The translations under genes and the position numbers were made by a program. From NCBI RefSeq assembly GCF_002571385.2, contig NW_019218148.1, positions 137,433 to 201,432 of the forward strand: DNA of 64,000 nt. The letters run 5' to 3'. The notes under the pieces were generated by a model that was not told the origin of the DNA, did not search any database, and saw only the letters and a program-made list of their open reading frames with translations. This document shows positions 46,971-60,800 of the stretch, piece after piece (the stretch's first letter is position 1; the number at the start of each line of letters is the position of its first letter). This DNA comes from Stylophora pistillata (Eukaryota).

Positions 46971-48909
46971 TATGGTTGGGTTTCAGGTGACGTCACAAGC
47001 TTTGCTGAAGTTAGTGTCCGCCATGTTGGTGTCCCTCGGGTGTCAAAGTTATGAATAATTAGTCGATTTCTAGAGTGAAGCCCTCTCTCTTATCGCCGTA
47101 GTATTTCGCCAACTACATGAATATCCAGACAGAAAAAAGCGATAAAAGTATCCGGCATTCTTCTTAAGGTATCCCAGTGCTCTCTGAGTATGCCGAAAGC
47201 TTAGAGAGTTGGAAGGAAAGATGTTTGCAAAAGATCTCGGTCATTGGGGTTGACCCTGCAAGCATACCAGCCGAGAAGTTCAGTCCAAAATGCTTGCCTC
47301 CTGTGGAAGCGTCGGACTTGCTGAGTTACCTCGTTCTTGAGACCAGCTTCTACACCAAGAAGCAGTTCAAGGCGTTCAAGAGTCTAGAGGCGTTTAATCA
47401 AATGGTGTCGGGATTTGTAACCTCAGTTGTAGGCAAAGTAATCGCCGGCAAGTATGCCGTGAGAGCACGAGTTTGGCATTCACAGCATATGAATGATCCT
47501 TTAGTGAACATTTGGGTCATTTCCGAAAACGATGGGACTATTTTGTCAGCCCATTGCTTGGGATGCAAAGCTGGACTGGCTGAGTCATGCTCACATATCG
47601 CGAGTGTTTTATTTATGTTAGAGGCAACTACTAGAATTCATGGCAAGGTCGCTGGGTGTCACGAAAACTCAGACACCGAAAACTCAGGTCCCTCGAAGTG
47701 TTCTCCAAGCTTCCGAAGTGCTCCATAATTCGATAGTGCATAGCATAAAGCATGAACCAATTTTTTTATAATATAACCGGTGGAATAATGCAACAAATCC
47801 GACGCGAAAGACGAACAACAATATCAAGAGTGATTCTTCAGTGAGGCGAATCGTGACGGCGCTGATGCCGAGTCTTCTTTCGCGTTGTTTTTCTCTTTCT
47901 GCCTCATTTAAGAACTCTAGCCCAAGGGTCGCAAAATTGTCTTCGTTTTGGGACTGGTGGGCCGAGTCTCTGTTTGTATCCATTATTATCGCGAAATATT
48001 TAAGAATTTTAACAGAGCGACAACAAGGATCTGTGCGACGAAGTACAAAAAGGTAAACAAACGTCCCTTTCGGCTCGTCAAAATCACGCCACATTTTAAT
48101 ACTTTGGTGTTGGAGCGAGCGCATTTGATCCCGTTAACTGTGAATGAAAAGTTCAAAATTAACGGGAAAAATGGAGGAAATCTAAGCTAAATGAAGTCTT
48201 GTGTCACTCTAAAATGTTTTAATACTCAACCATCGGACGATTTTGCGAAACGTGCAACTTGCGGCCTTGCTTTTGCTGCTTCAGTTGGATCAAGACCCAA
48301 AAGGTCAAAATACACGCGGGATTACCAGGAGTGATCATGAGTCGAGTTTATCTCTTGAATTTTCGAGGAGTCTGAGTTTTCGGGGTCTGAGGTCTGAGGT
48401 CTGAGTTTTCGGGGTGTGAGTTTTCGTGACACCCCAAGCTTACTTGCACTCAGGTAAAATGCTCATGGATTTTGCCGACATAGGTCAATGAAGTGCCGTA
48501 TGCGAGGGCTAAAGACATCGATTTCTCATCGGCTAAGAAGCTCAAAGAAAAGCTCGACCAAAAAATCGAGGATCTACAACAGCCGCAAGCCTCGAACCAT
48601 ACAACAACTTCTAGTTCCTCCTGTTCTTCCCCTTGATTTGTGATGATCTTAGGTATAGCGCATTAGATCATATATATAATGAATTTTGCGCTATAGAGAT
48701 AATAAAATTATTAAATTATTATACGAAAAAATCCTTAGTCTTTATGCTTTCCACTTTTGCTCGAACAGCCAACAATAATGCATAAAACCATCCCTTCTTT
48801 CTCACATGAACTCTTCGTTAGATACGGTTTGTTTACGCTCGAGGGACACCAAGATGGCGGATATTAACCGTTGCTAAGGTATTGGTCACGTGGGTGAAAC
48901 CCAAGGATA
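46971..48909 (+). mobile_element. Defective ISL2EU/Harbinger-like transposon carrying a SWIM-finger ORF2 pseudogene
   Basis: Bipartite inverted ends: TTGGGTTTCA (46976) / TGAAACCCAA (48895) and TCCGCCATGTTGGTGTCCCTCG (47017) / CGAGGGACACCAAGATGGCGGA (48840). ORF has FKAFKSLEAFNQMVSGFV and AHCLGCKAGLAESCSHIASVLF, and resumes at 48436 as KLTCTQVKCSWILPT*. Confidence 0.7.
47648..48434. mobile_element. Nested non-autonomous element splitting the SWIM ORF
   Basis: GGGTGTCACGAAAACTCA (47654)...TGAGTTTTCGTGACACCC (48434). CAAG duplicated at 47644-47647 and 48435-48438. Confidence 0.8.
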
Positions 48910-48940
48910 GAATCTCTATTAAAATAGTATATATTTTCCA

Positions 48941-49152
48941 NNNNNNNNNNNNNNNNNNNNNNNNNNNNNNNNNNNNNNNNNNNNNNNNNNNNNNNNNNNN
49001 NNNNNNNNNNNNNNNNNNNNNNNNNNNNNNNNNNNNNNNNNNNNNNNNNNNNNNNNNNNNNNNNNNNNNNNNNNNNNNNNNNNNNNNNNNNNNNNNNNNN
49101 NNNNNNNNNNNNNNNNNNNNNNNNNNNNNNNNNNNNNNNNNNNNNNNNNNNN
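48941..49152. other. Assembly gap (N run)
   Basis: 212 N. Confidence 1.
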
Positions 49153-50349
49153 CGAAGTGCTCCATAATTCGATAGTGCATAGCATAAAGCATGAACCAAT
49201 TTTTTTATAATATAACCGGTGGAATAATGCAACAAATCCGACGCGAAAGACGGACAACAATATCAAGAGTGATTCTTCAGTGAAGCGAATCGTGACGGCG
49301 CTGATGCCGAGTCTTCTTTCGCGTTGTTTTTCTCTTTCTGCCTCATTTAAGAACTCTAGCCCAAGGGTCGCAAAATTGTCTTCGTTTTGGGACTGGTGGG
49401 CCGAGTCTCTGTTTGTATCCATTATTATCGCGAAATATTTAAGAATTTTAACAGAGCGACAACAAGGATCTGTGCAACGAAGTACAAAAAGGTAAACAAA
49501 CGTCCCTTTCGGCTCGTCAAAATCACGCCACATTTTAATACTTTGATGTTGGAGCGAGCGCATTTGATCCCGTTAACTGTGAATGAAAAGTTCAAAATTA
49601 ACGGGAAAAATGGAGGTAAATCTAAGCTAAATGAAGTCTTGTGTCACTCTAAAATGTTTTAATACTCAACCATCGGACGATTTTGCGAAACGTGCAACTT
49701 GCGGCCTTGCTTTTGCTGCTTCAGTTGGATCAAGACCCAAAAGGTCAAAATACACGCGGGATTACCAGGAGTGATCATGAGTCGAGTTTATCTCTTGAAT
49801 TTTCGAGGAGTCTGAGTTTTCGGGGTCTGAGGTCTGAGGTCTGAGTTTTCGGGGTGTGAGTTTTCGTGACACCCCAAGCTTACTTGCACTCAGGTAAAAT
49901 GCTCATGGATTTTGCCGACATAGGTCAATGAAGTGCCGTATGCGAGGGCTAAAGACATCGATTTCTCATCGGCTAAGAAGCTCAAAGAAAAGCTCGACCA
50001 AAAAATCGAGGATCTACAACAGCCGCAAGCCTCGAACCATACAACAACTTCTAGTTCCTCCTGTTCTTCCCCTTGATTTGTGATGATCTTAGGTATAGCG
50101 CATTAGATCATATATATAATGAATTTTGCGCTATAGAGATAATAAAATTATTAAATTATTATACGAAAAAATCCTTAGTCTTTATGCTTTCCACTTTTGC
50201 TCGAACAGCCAACAATAATGCATAAAACCATCCCTTCTTTCTCACATGAACTCTTCGTTAGATACGGTTTGTTTACGCTCGAGGGACACCAAGATGGCGG
50301 ATATTAACCGTTGCTAAGGTATTGGTCACGTGGGTGAAACCCAAGGATA
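49153..50349 (+). repeat. Near-identical second copy of 47713-48909
   Basis: About 1.2 kb, with roughly five differences visible by eye. Confidence 0.95.
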
Positions 50350-51558
50350 ATATACACCGCTTGTATTATCTTGAACCTGAAAACCCCTCCTTTGCAAAAG
50401 AAGGATTTTTTAAAGACCAGATCTTCAAAAGGTAAGTCGTAAATGTGTTCTTAACGGATTCTCCTGAATCGCAACGGTCATAGAACAAAATAAGACAAAA
50501 AATCAGCTGTGGACGATATATTCTTGTGGAGCAGTTTGGTACTTTAGATTAAGAATTGTTCAGCAAACATTTCTTTCCATGAGTTGCTGCTATTATCGCA
50601 AAGTAATGGCGGCAAAAAACTCATAGTTCGATTAGAACAACGTTCTCGACTTCAAATCTAAGTTTAAATTTTGTGTTACGCGAACTTCATCGAAAATGCT
50701 TAAGACACTAATTTTTTAGTAAAAATACTTAAGTTGTGGGCAAACGGATTGTGGTTAGATTATGAAAGCAGAAATGAGATTTAGAATCCGCCTCGCACGT
50801 TGCCCTCCCTTGAGGAAGATTTCAACACACTGGCCTTGCATTAAAAGGGAAAATAATTTTCTATTGAGGATCAAAACTCGGTAAAGATATATATTTCGGT
50901 CGTGTTTTGAATGTTAAACTTAACTGCTTTAATGTGTTAGGAAGGATTATTAAAAACTTGATAAGCTAAACAAATTAGAAAAACGAAAACAATAAGTTCT
51001 AAGGTTGTAAAATGAGACAGTCTTTTCAAAAATAAGATAACTGTGCTTTTCCTAAGAGTTGTTGTAAGACGTACGCTAAATCTCTCCTTTTCTTTATGCT
51101 TCTATTTTTTCTGAAAGCCATTTTGAAAGAACAAATGCAACATTACGACATTTGACAGTCCATGGTATTATTTACACATTGCGAAATAAATTAAACGACA
51201 GAAACAATTTCCCCGCATTTAAATTCTAAAGAAGGGTTGAGAACGAATCTATCTGTATCCACAAGGAATCATTGCAAGCTTTGTTAGGTTACTTACTATA
51301 GTTTATGCAGGTGGTTATCTTAAATGTGGTAGTTTTTTTTTTCGGGTAAACTAATAAGAAAGAAACATAAAGCTCAACTAGCAGATTGTTTAATTTATTC
51401 CATCGGAAATCCTATCGGTTTATTGCTAATCTATTGTTTGAACAGGCTTTAATATAAGGAGCGAGAGGACACACTAAACCATTAAAAAACTTGGTATCCG
51501 CTGAATCGTTAATAAGCTATTCATTTTATACCATTCTTGTTATTAGACATAGCAGACG

Positions 51559-51803
51559 CAGGGCTGTAGCCAGATTTCAGGACAAGACGAGGCAAGTTTC
51601 GAGCGCCAAAGGCGCAAGCCGCTAGAGGAGTCTGGGGGCATGCCCCCAGAAAACTTTGAAATCTAGAGGTTTAGAAATGCTCTTTTAAGGATTTTCCGTG
51701 GCATTTTTCTTCAGAAAAGTCAATCTTTAAGAAAAAAATTAAAAAAGGCCAAAATTAAAACGAGGCAATTGCCTCATCTTGCCTCATGCTAGCTACGGCC
51801 CTG
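51559..51803. mobile_element. hAT5-like MITE
   Basis: CAGGGCTGTAGC...GCTACGGCCCTG with the 5-bp TSD AGACG. Confidence 0.8.
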
Positions 51804-52709
51804 AGACGTCTCGTTGAAATATGGCTTTACCGAATTGTGTCAGCTCTGCTGTAAAACTTTCGATGTATTTGACCAATTCCCTTGATTACTTTTATTTTTT
51901 ATTCTATTTTTTTGTTGTTGTAATTCAGTAGAGAATGAAATGGTTACGTACATGCAGGCGAATAAAGTGTTTCGACTGACATTTTTATACCCACTTAGGA
52001 TCAAAGTAGAAAAGAAAGTCTGGCACGGCTTTCGGCTTTAAACATTTTGTTCGAGCGCGACGCGAAAATGTAGTGGAAAAAGAGACAAGAAATAAAACAG
52101 AGTTTTGTACTCTCCCTTCCTATCTCTCTTCTTCCCCACATACAGCGGCAAAGTCATGTCTAAATAAAGTCCTAAACAAAGTCCGTTGATCAATCGATGG
52201 CCGATCGTGTTAAAAAACTTTGAGAGCCAATCTATTTGATGATTATTCTCAACTAAAAGGTTATATTTGGACGTTGGCTAACTGATATGTAGGCGTTGGT
52301 GAACTGACAATAGACGTTGGCGAATCGCCCTTATACGTTGGCGAAATGACACTTCGGCGAAACGACCGGCATTCCAAAACCATAAGAGAAAACACGCTGT
52401 GCCTTTCGATGTCAGTTTAAAGAATTTGGTAAGGGTGGAATCACAAATTCAATTCAAGAAATTGTGGTGTGATAACCATTTAACAGATGAAGTGGTAAGG
52501 ACTTTCGTAGATCTAATAAATCGATATCTTACACAAATTCCCGAACTAAATCACTGTTTCGCCTACGAGCCATAAAGGTCGAAGAAGATTCCAAGATCGG
52601 AATATGAAAAAAAACAATTTAGAGAGTCACCCGTATCTATCTGTCAACAGTTATGCTAAATTATTTATCGTTCGTATTGCAGGTAAAAACAAAAGAAAAA
52701 TTAGGAGGA

Positions 52710-53735
52710 ATGAATGTCTCTGAGAAATCTTCCATAGAAAGACAAGCCCTTCTTCTGGCAAATTCGTTTCGTTACCGGAGTACATTTCAGGTTATTCTGG
52801 AATCTTTGATTTATGGTTCCATTGCTGTGGTGGCATTTATAGGAAATCTACTTGTTCTCTACATTGTGTACAAAACCCCGAGACTCAGGAACGTTTCAGG
52901 GCTGTTTGTGGCATCTCTGGCCCTTTCGGACATTGGCATGGCAACATTTGGGGCTCCACCGTCTTTGGCATCACTTATCAAAGGGCATTGGTTTTCGACT
53001 TTCGAAGCATGTCAATTTCAAGGATTCGTTGTCATAACAACGGTAGCAGCCTCTTTACAGACTATGGCTCTTATGTCTGTCGATCGATATTTCCGCGTCG
53101 TTCATCCACTTAATCACCGAATATTCTTCACCATGTCTCGCGCACGGCTTATGTCCGCGTCAGTCTGGATCCTAGCCATGATGTACCCAGTCCCTTACCT
53201 TGTTTGTGGCAGGAAGTACATTTTCCATCCGGGAAAGTTTTTCTGCTTCCACGAAGTAAAAATGTCTTTTGAATCATGTGTTATTTACATTTGTATATGC
53301 ATCTCCCTCGGTACTCTTTCTTTTTGTTATTATAACGTCTTTAAACATCTTCGTTTGAATAGGAACCGCGTTAAAAATTTGCGAAAGGAATTTTCCAGCA
53401 GACATGAAAATGAGCGAAGAGCCTCCTCAGAAGACATCAAAATGACAAAAACTTTATTCGCAACTGTTCTTGGGTATTTAATTTGTTGGACACCGGTCCT
53501 TATTATCGATTTTGTGGACATGGCTTCCGATGGCTGGTCCCTTTCTCGTGAGGTCTATGTCATGTATACCGATATCGGACTTATAAGTTCCTCCCTGAAT
53601 CCTATTATATATGGCGCCCTAAATCGAACATTTCGTCGAGAATACAATAAGATTTTCTGCTTCAAAAGGTTATCTAGACAAACGGAAAATTCTCTCTGTC
53701 AGCAAACAAACAGTTTAGCTTTAGCCAAATTATAA
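52710..53735 (+). CDS. Rhodopsin-class GPCR, melatonin-receptor-like, copy B
   Basis: Probable ATG at 52710 after the acceptor TTGCAG. Paralogue of copy A (RSTFQV.LESLIY, AASLQTMALMS.DRYFRVVHP, FHPGKFFCF, SSSLNPIIYG). Confidence 0.9.
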   Translation: MNVSEKSSIERQALLLANSFRYRSTFQVILESLIYGSIAVVAFIGNLLVLYIVYKTPRLRNVSGLFVASLALSDIGMATFGAPPSLASLIKGHWFSTFEACQFQGFVVITTVAASLQTMALMSVDRYFRVVHPLNHRIFFTMSRARLMSASVWILAMMYPVPYLVCGRKYIFHPGKFFCFHEVKMSFESCVIYICICISLGTLSFCYYNVFKHLRLNRNRVKNLRKEFSSRHENERRASSEDIKMTKTLFATVLGYLICWTPVLIIDFVDMASDGWSLSREVYVMYTDIGLISSSLNPIIYGALNRTFRREYNKIFCFKRLSRQTENSLCQQTNSLALAKL

Positions 53736-54034
53736 TCTACTGTGTTGAAAGACTGAACAATATGACAGAACATTAAAATTGTACTTTTTTCACTTTATAA
53801 AAATGGTTCTCTTTTTCCGTCTGCACTGCAATAGTCCGTAGACAAATTTGCCTTGCAAGAACCCATTATTTATCACCTAGCGGGGGGAGGGGCGAGGATT
53901 TTGGGGTATCAGTTGTCGCCAACAGAGTGTAAAGGAGCGGGGAGGCTATAGAAAACTGACAAGGAATTAACTGCCATGCCAAAGGGAAGTGATCATAAGA
54001 ATAATACAGAGCCTTATAAGTGACATTTTTATTA

Positions 54035-54446
54035 AGCATAGATCTAACTATAACCTAAGGCAGTTTGATTTCTCCGCTGCAAGGTACAATACGGTAACAT
54101 ATGGCAGCCACTCCCTCTACCATTTAGGGCCCAGTCTCTGGGGAAAATTATCCCGGCCCCAGACTTGAGAGAAGTTACCACCTTAAAATGTTTCAAAAAC
54201 AAAATACGTAAATTAGATTTAGTTACACTAACAGATAATGGATGCAAGTGCTGTCATCTTTGTAATTCATAAACACATTTGTCATACTGCAAATATTGTT
54301 AATATCATTTATACCTACGCTTGTATTCAAATATTTTTTTTACCTTGACTTATATTTATTTATGTTGTGTCCCCTAATTAGCACAGGTTTTTAACCTAAG
54401 CTAGGAGGTTTATTTAGTCACTTTAATAAAGTTTCATCATCATCAT
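54035..54446 (+). mobile_element. LINE 3' fragment
   Basis: Remnant 'RSNYNLR...LQGTIR/YGSHSL' like a LINE C-terminus, ending AATAAAGTTT(CAT)n. Confidence 0.5.
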
Positions 54447-54821
54447 ATCCTTCGTGAATTGTAGATTACAGATCGTGTGTTATAAAAAATTTGTGTTAAC
54501 GTTTTAAAACTTCTTTTTTATATATATATAAACCGCTGATTTATCACATGAATGCCAACTGGAAATGGAACTCTTTCAAAATTTCAAAAGCTAGATTTGA
54601 GGGGGAGAGGAAGATCTTGAAATCGAAATAGATTCCTTGTTACCACGGCAACACAGACGCTCAGACGCTTGCGCAGAGAGTACTAAGTAATGCCTATTTT
54701 ACTTTTGAAATTTCGTCCCGCGACAGCGTTTGTTCAATTATTTCGTTTCCTGTTCCAATGGGATTTTAGACAACTAAGACACCTGGACTAACATATTACT
54801 TAATAGATCATTTTGAGCGAC

Positions 54822-57800
54822 ATGCATTTGGTTCAAGCACCTCCGTCTACACTTTCAACGCCTCGAGATACGGTCATCGGCCCTGTTCCCACCATGGCTC
54901 CAACTGCAGAGGGAAATCTTAAAATTATGAACATTCTGTGAGAAATATTCCTGTTGCTTAACGTTCCTATTTGTAAAACTGTTGATAAAGATCGAAGAAC
55001 TTCTTTTTTATCGCCCCATAGTCTCGTATTCTGGAAAAATATTTAAATTTGCCTTTTATTTTTTAATCAGGGAGGCAAATTCTGAGGTGATGTGCTGTCG
55101 ATTCAATCCCGAAGGCGGTTTACTGGCGGTTGGTTTAGCTAATGGCGTTACCAAGGTAAGAATAGTATTTCGTTTTTCATTTTTGAATTTGTCACAAATT
55201 TTCGCTTCTCGCGAAGTTAATATCCGCTCATGTGAAGGTCACTTCACTTGCACCTTTGCAAATTATGGTACTTAAAACCGAAAATTTTCTGTGAGTTATT
55301 TTTTATACAATTTTTTCACCTCCTAGGTGTATGCTCCTGATTCAGGACATTGTGTCTATAATCTCTCGGACCAAGATACTTTTGATAATCATTTACCAGT
55401 GACGTGTCTTCGCTGGAGGCCAACATTGGAGGGAGATACTCACAGAAATCTATTACTTGCAACTTGTAAGTTGGCTGGAAGAAAACTTAATGATTAGAAA
55501 GTGGGAACTGCTGTCGCATTTGGCAGCTGTTCTCGTTTTAACGACATGATATTCATACGTTTAACTTGACGTCTCAGAAAATTAGTGAAAGTTAAAACAA
55601 TCAGGGTTTTAGGGTAGTGTTAATCCTTCAAATAATATGGTGCTATCATACTTGATGATAACTATAGTGATAATTACATCGTATTTGTTTAGTCTGTCGG
55701 TCTTTAATATTAAATTTTACCCGTATTCTTAAGCAGATTTATTTATTATTTAAAAGCAGTATCTTAAATGAAGATAAGTTGTACATGGACACCACTAATG
55801 TGCTCTGATTAGAAGATTGTAAGACATTGATATTTGCAATCAGTAATTTTTTATTGTGAAACTCTTTTGAGTCTTAAGGAGTTCCACACTGGGGGTGTTT
55901 TGGGAGACAAGGCCTGATTTATCCCTACTGGGGAGATTAGAACAACTTCAGAAATTATAAAAACAAAAAAGAGAGCAGTAAAACAAAGGCTTTGTGCATG
56001 TCACATGAATTGCTATGATTGAGTGTAGCAAATCGTATAGAAAGCTTAAAAGCGATGGAGAAATGTAAAAGTGGATTTGGCCTGTTTGATAATTAATTAA
56101 TTCAAGGTCAGTGAAAAATGCTTTGAGGTCAGTGAAAAGTCAGGGAAAAGTCAGGGAATTTTTTGGGTTATAATGAGTGGGAACCCTGATCTATGTGTAA
56201 AGGGTCTAACAATCTCGTCTCACTTAATATCGACGGCGTCACACTCTCAAATGATCTTGGCGTTGCTGAAAGTATGAATGACTTTTTCTCCTCTGTGTTT
56301 ACATCAGAAGACTGCGATAACTTCCCCGAATTTGAATATGTCCCCAATAGTAAACTTTCAAACATTCTTTGTAACACAGTGGAAGTAGAAAAACTGTTAA
56401 AAAATCTGAATATCTACAAATCACCTGGAGCTGACAGCCTACCACCACGCATTCTGAAAGAATGTGCGAGTGTTTTATCATCACCTCTGTGCCTTTTCTT
56501 TAACAGATCATTTTCAACAGGTAAACTGCCACATCTTTGGAAACTTCCTAACATCACACCTTTGTTCAAAAAAGGCAGTAAGACTGACAGGAATAATTAT
56601 GGTCAGATCTCATTAACATCAATAGTGTGCAAGACCGCGGAAAAAATCGTCAAGTCTCACTTGATGGATTTTTGGCAAAACATAAATGTCATCAACCCGA
56701 ACCAGTTTGCTTGCATGGAGGGCCGATCAGTGCTTTCAGAGCTGCTCTCTTGTTATGACGACTGGGCAAAATCACGCAATAACAAGAAGCCCCGTGATAT
56801 TGCCTTTTTGGATTTTTCAAATGCGTTTGACAGCATACCGCATGGGCATCTCCTTTTCAAGCTTGAGCGTCATGGTATTGACGGCAGTGCCCTTCAGTGG
56901 TTTCGAAATTTTTTAACTGGCCTGATGCAATGCGTCGTCCTGCGCGGCACTTGCTCGTCCTGGTCTCCAGTTTTATCAGGAGTACCCCAGGGAACAATCC
57001 TTGGTCCTGCCTTATTCATTTTATATGTAAATGACATCTCGTCAGGAGTTTCATCTACGGTTAAACTGTATCCAGAGGACACCAAGGTTTACTGAGAGAT
57101 CTCCGACATAGCTAGAGACACAAATATTCTTCAGTCCGACTTATTTCACCTGAAGAAGTGGTCTGAGGTCTGGCAGTTAAACTTCAATGTGAACAAATGA
57201 GAGGTTATGCGAGTAACACATAATCATGATAAATCTGTCCCACATTACTCTCTCGTCCCGCATGGAGAATGTCTTAGCTAAGTGAGTTCCGTAAAAGACC
57301 TTGGCATTACAATCTCACATGACCTCTCGTAGACTCCACACGTTGTTGAGGTTGTCAATAAGGCCAATAAAGTTCTTGGTCTAATCAAGCGAACAATCGG
57401 TTCTGTAAACAAGGAAATCTTTTCCACATTGTAAAAGACTCTTGTGAGACCAATGCTGGAGTACGCTTCCCCACTATGGTGCCCTTACCTTGTTAAAAAT
57501 TTTCTTCTCTTGGAGAAAGTTCAGAGAAGAGCCTCTCCATTGGCTTTAGGTCAGCGAAGGGGTGAGATGTCATGTTATGAAGATTGTTGAGAAATGTTAC
57601 ATTGGTCGAAGTTGACTGATAGAAGGCTATATTTTTCCTCGGTAGAATGCTATAAACTTGTATTCGGGCTGAATAGCCTTCATTTTTGTGATTTTTTTTT
57701 AGTTTGCTTCAAAACGTACTAGGTCTAACCACAATTACAAACTGCAGGTTAAATTGGCAAAATGTAATTGTTATAAATACTCTTTTTTTGTTAAAATCAT

Positions 57801-60800
57801 TCGTGAATGGAATGACCTGCGCCCCAATGTCGTTGAGATAGGTAACTTAAGACGTTTCATAACAGCTCTTAAATTATACATGTGTATTTCTTCAGTTTTT
57901 ATCCATCTTAGATTTTATTGTAAGCATACAATTTTTATTTTTATTTCTTTGAAAGTTTATTTACATAGGGTTAACTTAACCTTTTAAACTTCCTTTTTAG
58001 GGTATTATTTTTCTTGTTTATTCTTTGATACCTTAAATAAAGTATGTATGTTAGGTATATGTATTTATTACACGACTCGGGCAGTCAGAGGGCCAATAAC
58101 TAAAATCAACCAATCAAAATGCTCTATTGCTGGTCAATTTTCTCTCAGTATTGGATGGGGCACTGTCCCAAATGGTCCCGAATGATACCGCACTTGTGTC
58201 CCTTTGAACTTCAGTCGTATAATAATTGGGACCGTACTGGAAGAATATTGGTCCTCTGTCTTTTTTGTACGGACCAAGTTGCGCTCGGTCTGTACTGTCA
58301 AGACCTCGGGCCAATATTCTCCCAGTACGGCCCTCGCGCTTGGTTAATAAGGTATTTGTATGTTCATTGCATACCTGACTGACTTAGTGTTCATCCATTA
58401 CTGTTAAGTGAGCTATTTTCCTCTATTTTCACGTTTATAACTGCAGATGCTGATGGTAAAGTCAAAATATGGCATACATCAACCAGTACCTGTTTGGTAA
58501 CATTAACAGAAGTTTCTAGGCAGATTTTAGCATGCAGTTATAGTCCTTCAGGAGGGAGATTTGTCACTGCAGGATCAGATACAAAACTAAATGTTTATGA
58601 TGAAAGAACAAAACAAATCATTTGTACTTTGCAGCCAAGGTATATAATTCAATGATTTCTAATATTATTTTGTCCACACAACCTGTCTTTCATTGTTAGT
58701 GCCTATTTTAGGATGGTTATTATTAGTAGGTGAAGTCTGTTTACAAGCCTAGTGGCCCATTAGGGCGGTGCTTAACTCCGGTTTCTGCAGCATGAAGCAA
58801 GTAGGAGTATTTCTACTCCCCCCGGATGGGATGCTAGTCCATCGCAGGGTTACCCCCAGCATTAAATTGCCGGTACCCATTTAAACACCTGGGTGAAGAG
58901 AGGCACTGTGAGAGTAAAGTGTCTTGCCTAAGAACACAACACAATGTCCCGGCCGGGGCTCGAACCCGGACCACTCGATCCGGAGTCGAGCGCACCAACC
59001 ATGAGGCCACCGCGCCTCCACACTTGAAGCAGCANNNNNNNNNNNNNNNNNNNNNNNNNNNNNNNNNNNNNNNNNNNNNNNNNNNNNNNNNNNNNNNNNN
59101 NNNNNNNNNNNNNNNNNNNNNNNNNNNNNNNNNNNNNNNNNNNNNNNNNNNNNNNNNNNNNNNNNNNNNNNNNNNNNNNNNNNNNNNNNNNNNNNNNNNN
59201 NNNNNNNNNNNNNNNNNNNNNNNNNNNNNNNNNNNNNNNNNNNNNNNNNNNNNNNNNNNNNNNNNNNNNNNNNNNNNNNNNNNNNNNNNNNNNNNNNNNN
59301 NNNNNNNNNNNNNNNNNNNNNNNNNNNNNNNNNNNNNNNNNNNNNNNNNNNNNNNNNNNNNNNNNNNNNNNNNNNNNNNNNNNNNNNNNNNNNNNNNNNN
59401 NNNNNNNNNNNNNNNNNNNNNNNNNNNNNNNNNNNNNNNNNNNNNNNNNNNNNNNNNNNNNNNNNNNNNNNNNNNNNNNNNNNNNNNNNNNNNNNNNNNN
59501 NNNNNNNNNNNNNNNNNNNNNNNNNNNNNNNNNNNNNNNNNNNNNNNNNNNNNNNNNNNNNNNNNNNNNNNNNNNNNNNNNNNNNNNNNNNNNNNNNNNN
59601 NNNNNNNNNNNNNNNNNNNNNNNNNNNNNNNNNNNNNNNNNNNNNNNNNNNNNNNNNNNNNNNNNNNNNNNNNNNNNNNNNNNNNNNNNNNNNNNNNNNN
59701 NNNNNNNNNNNNNNNNNNNNNNNNNNNNNNNNNNNNNNNNNNNNNNNNNNNNNNNNNNNNNNNNNNNNNNNNNNNNNNNNNNNNNNNNNNNNNNNNNNNN
59801 NNNNNNNNNNNNNNNNNNNNNNNNNNNNNNNNNNNNNNNNNNNNNNNNNNNNNNNNNNNNNNNNNNNNNNNNNNNNNNNNNNNNNNNNNNNNNNNNNNNN
59901 NNNNNNNNNNNNNNNNNNNNNNNNNNNNNNNNNNNNNNNNNNNNNNNNNNNNNNNNNNNNNNNNNNTGCCAATTGGATCTCTTGTTTTTCCACGTCCTCG
60001 TTGCTGTTGCCGTCGTGGTTGCTTAAGGTCCCTACTGAATTGTTACAAAGGTACTACACTGATCATTTAGGATTGTGCTCTAGACAAGGTTGCTGTCTTA
60101 TGTCTGAGGCATGAAGGCACTCTGATACATTTTTTTTACAGCTCATCCCACCTAGTGATGGATGGGCACATGAGCCGAGTGTTTAGTGTACAGTTCACAC
60201 CAGGTCAGGATCATGAATTTCTATCAGGTGGCTGGGACGATACAGTTCAGGTAAGGAACAGAAATTGACTGAAACAAAGTAGTAAAAGATCACGCCTTTT
60301 TCATGCAGGGGAGATATAATTTTAAATTTTTTTATGCTAGCTTTTCAAGTTCATTTGATTGTTGCATTGTGTATGATGAGACTTTAATTTTCCCCCATTT
60401 TTTTGTCTGTTAAGTTTTGACTTAACCAGCAGTTTTTCAATAATTTTTGTGCAGGTTCCTCTGACATTGGTGGGAAGTCAATATCACCCTATCTTTTCAA
60501 TACTTGGTCCCAGCATGATTATCTATAAGCTTCAGGCAACAGGTGTATTTGATTTGAATGAAACAGAAATGTTGGGGTTTAGTTTAGAATGTTAGGATAA
60601 CCTGGCTGGCTGTTATGGTTAAGATTTGTTCATGTTGTTTGTTCTTTTTCAGACTGTGATAAGTATCCTGCCAATTGCCCATTTACTGGATCAAATTGCT
60701 CTCTAACTAACAAAATCTTTCTTTTAAAAATAAGTGACCAACAATCAAGGGCACATTTTTACTAATTTTTTTCTTCTTCTTTTGTGGTCTTAAGTTTTGG

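Noticed and set aside
47684-48190. 146-aa and smaller ORFs, also 4413-4697
   Set aside because: They lie in non-autonomous repeat sequence and have no recognisable domain.
48833-49563. ORFs spanning the first gap, and 58881-60070 spanning the second
   Set aside because: They are open only because of N runs.
45006-53735. Opsins
   Set aside because: The position equivalent to the retinal-binding Lys296 (six residues before the N of NPxxY) is Leu in both genes.
56193-57095. Active reverse transcriptase
   Set aside because: Catalytic YADD is YPED, stops follow, and the endonuclease region is missing.
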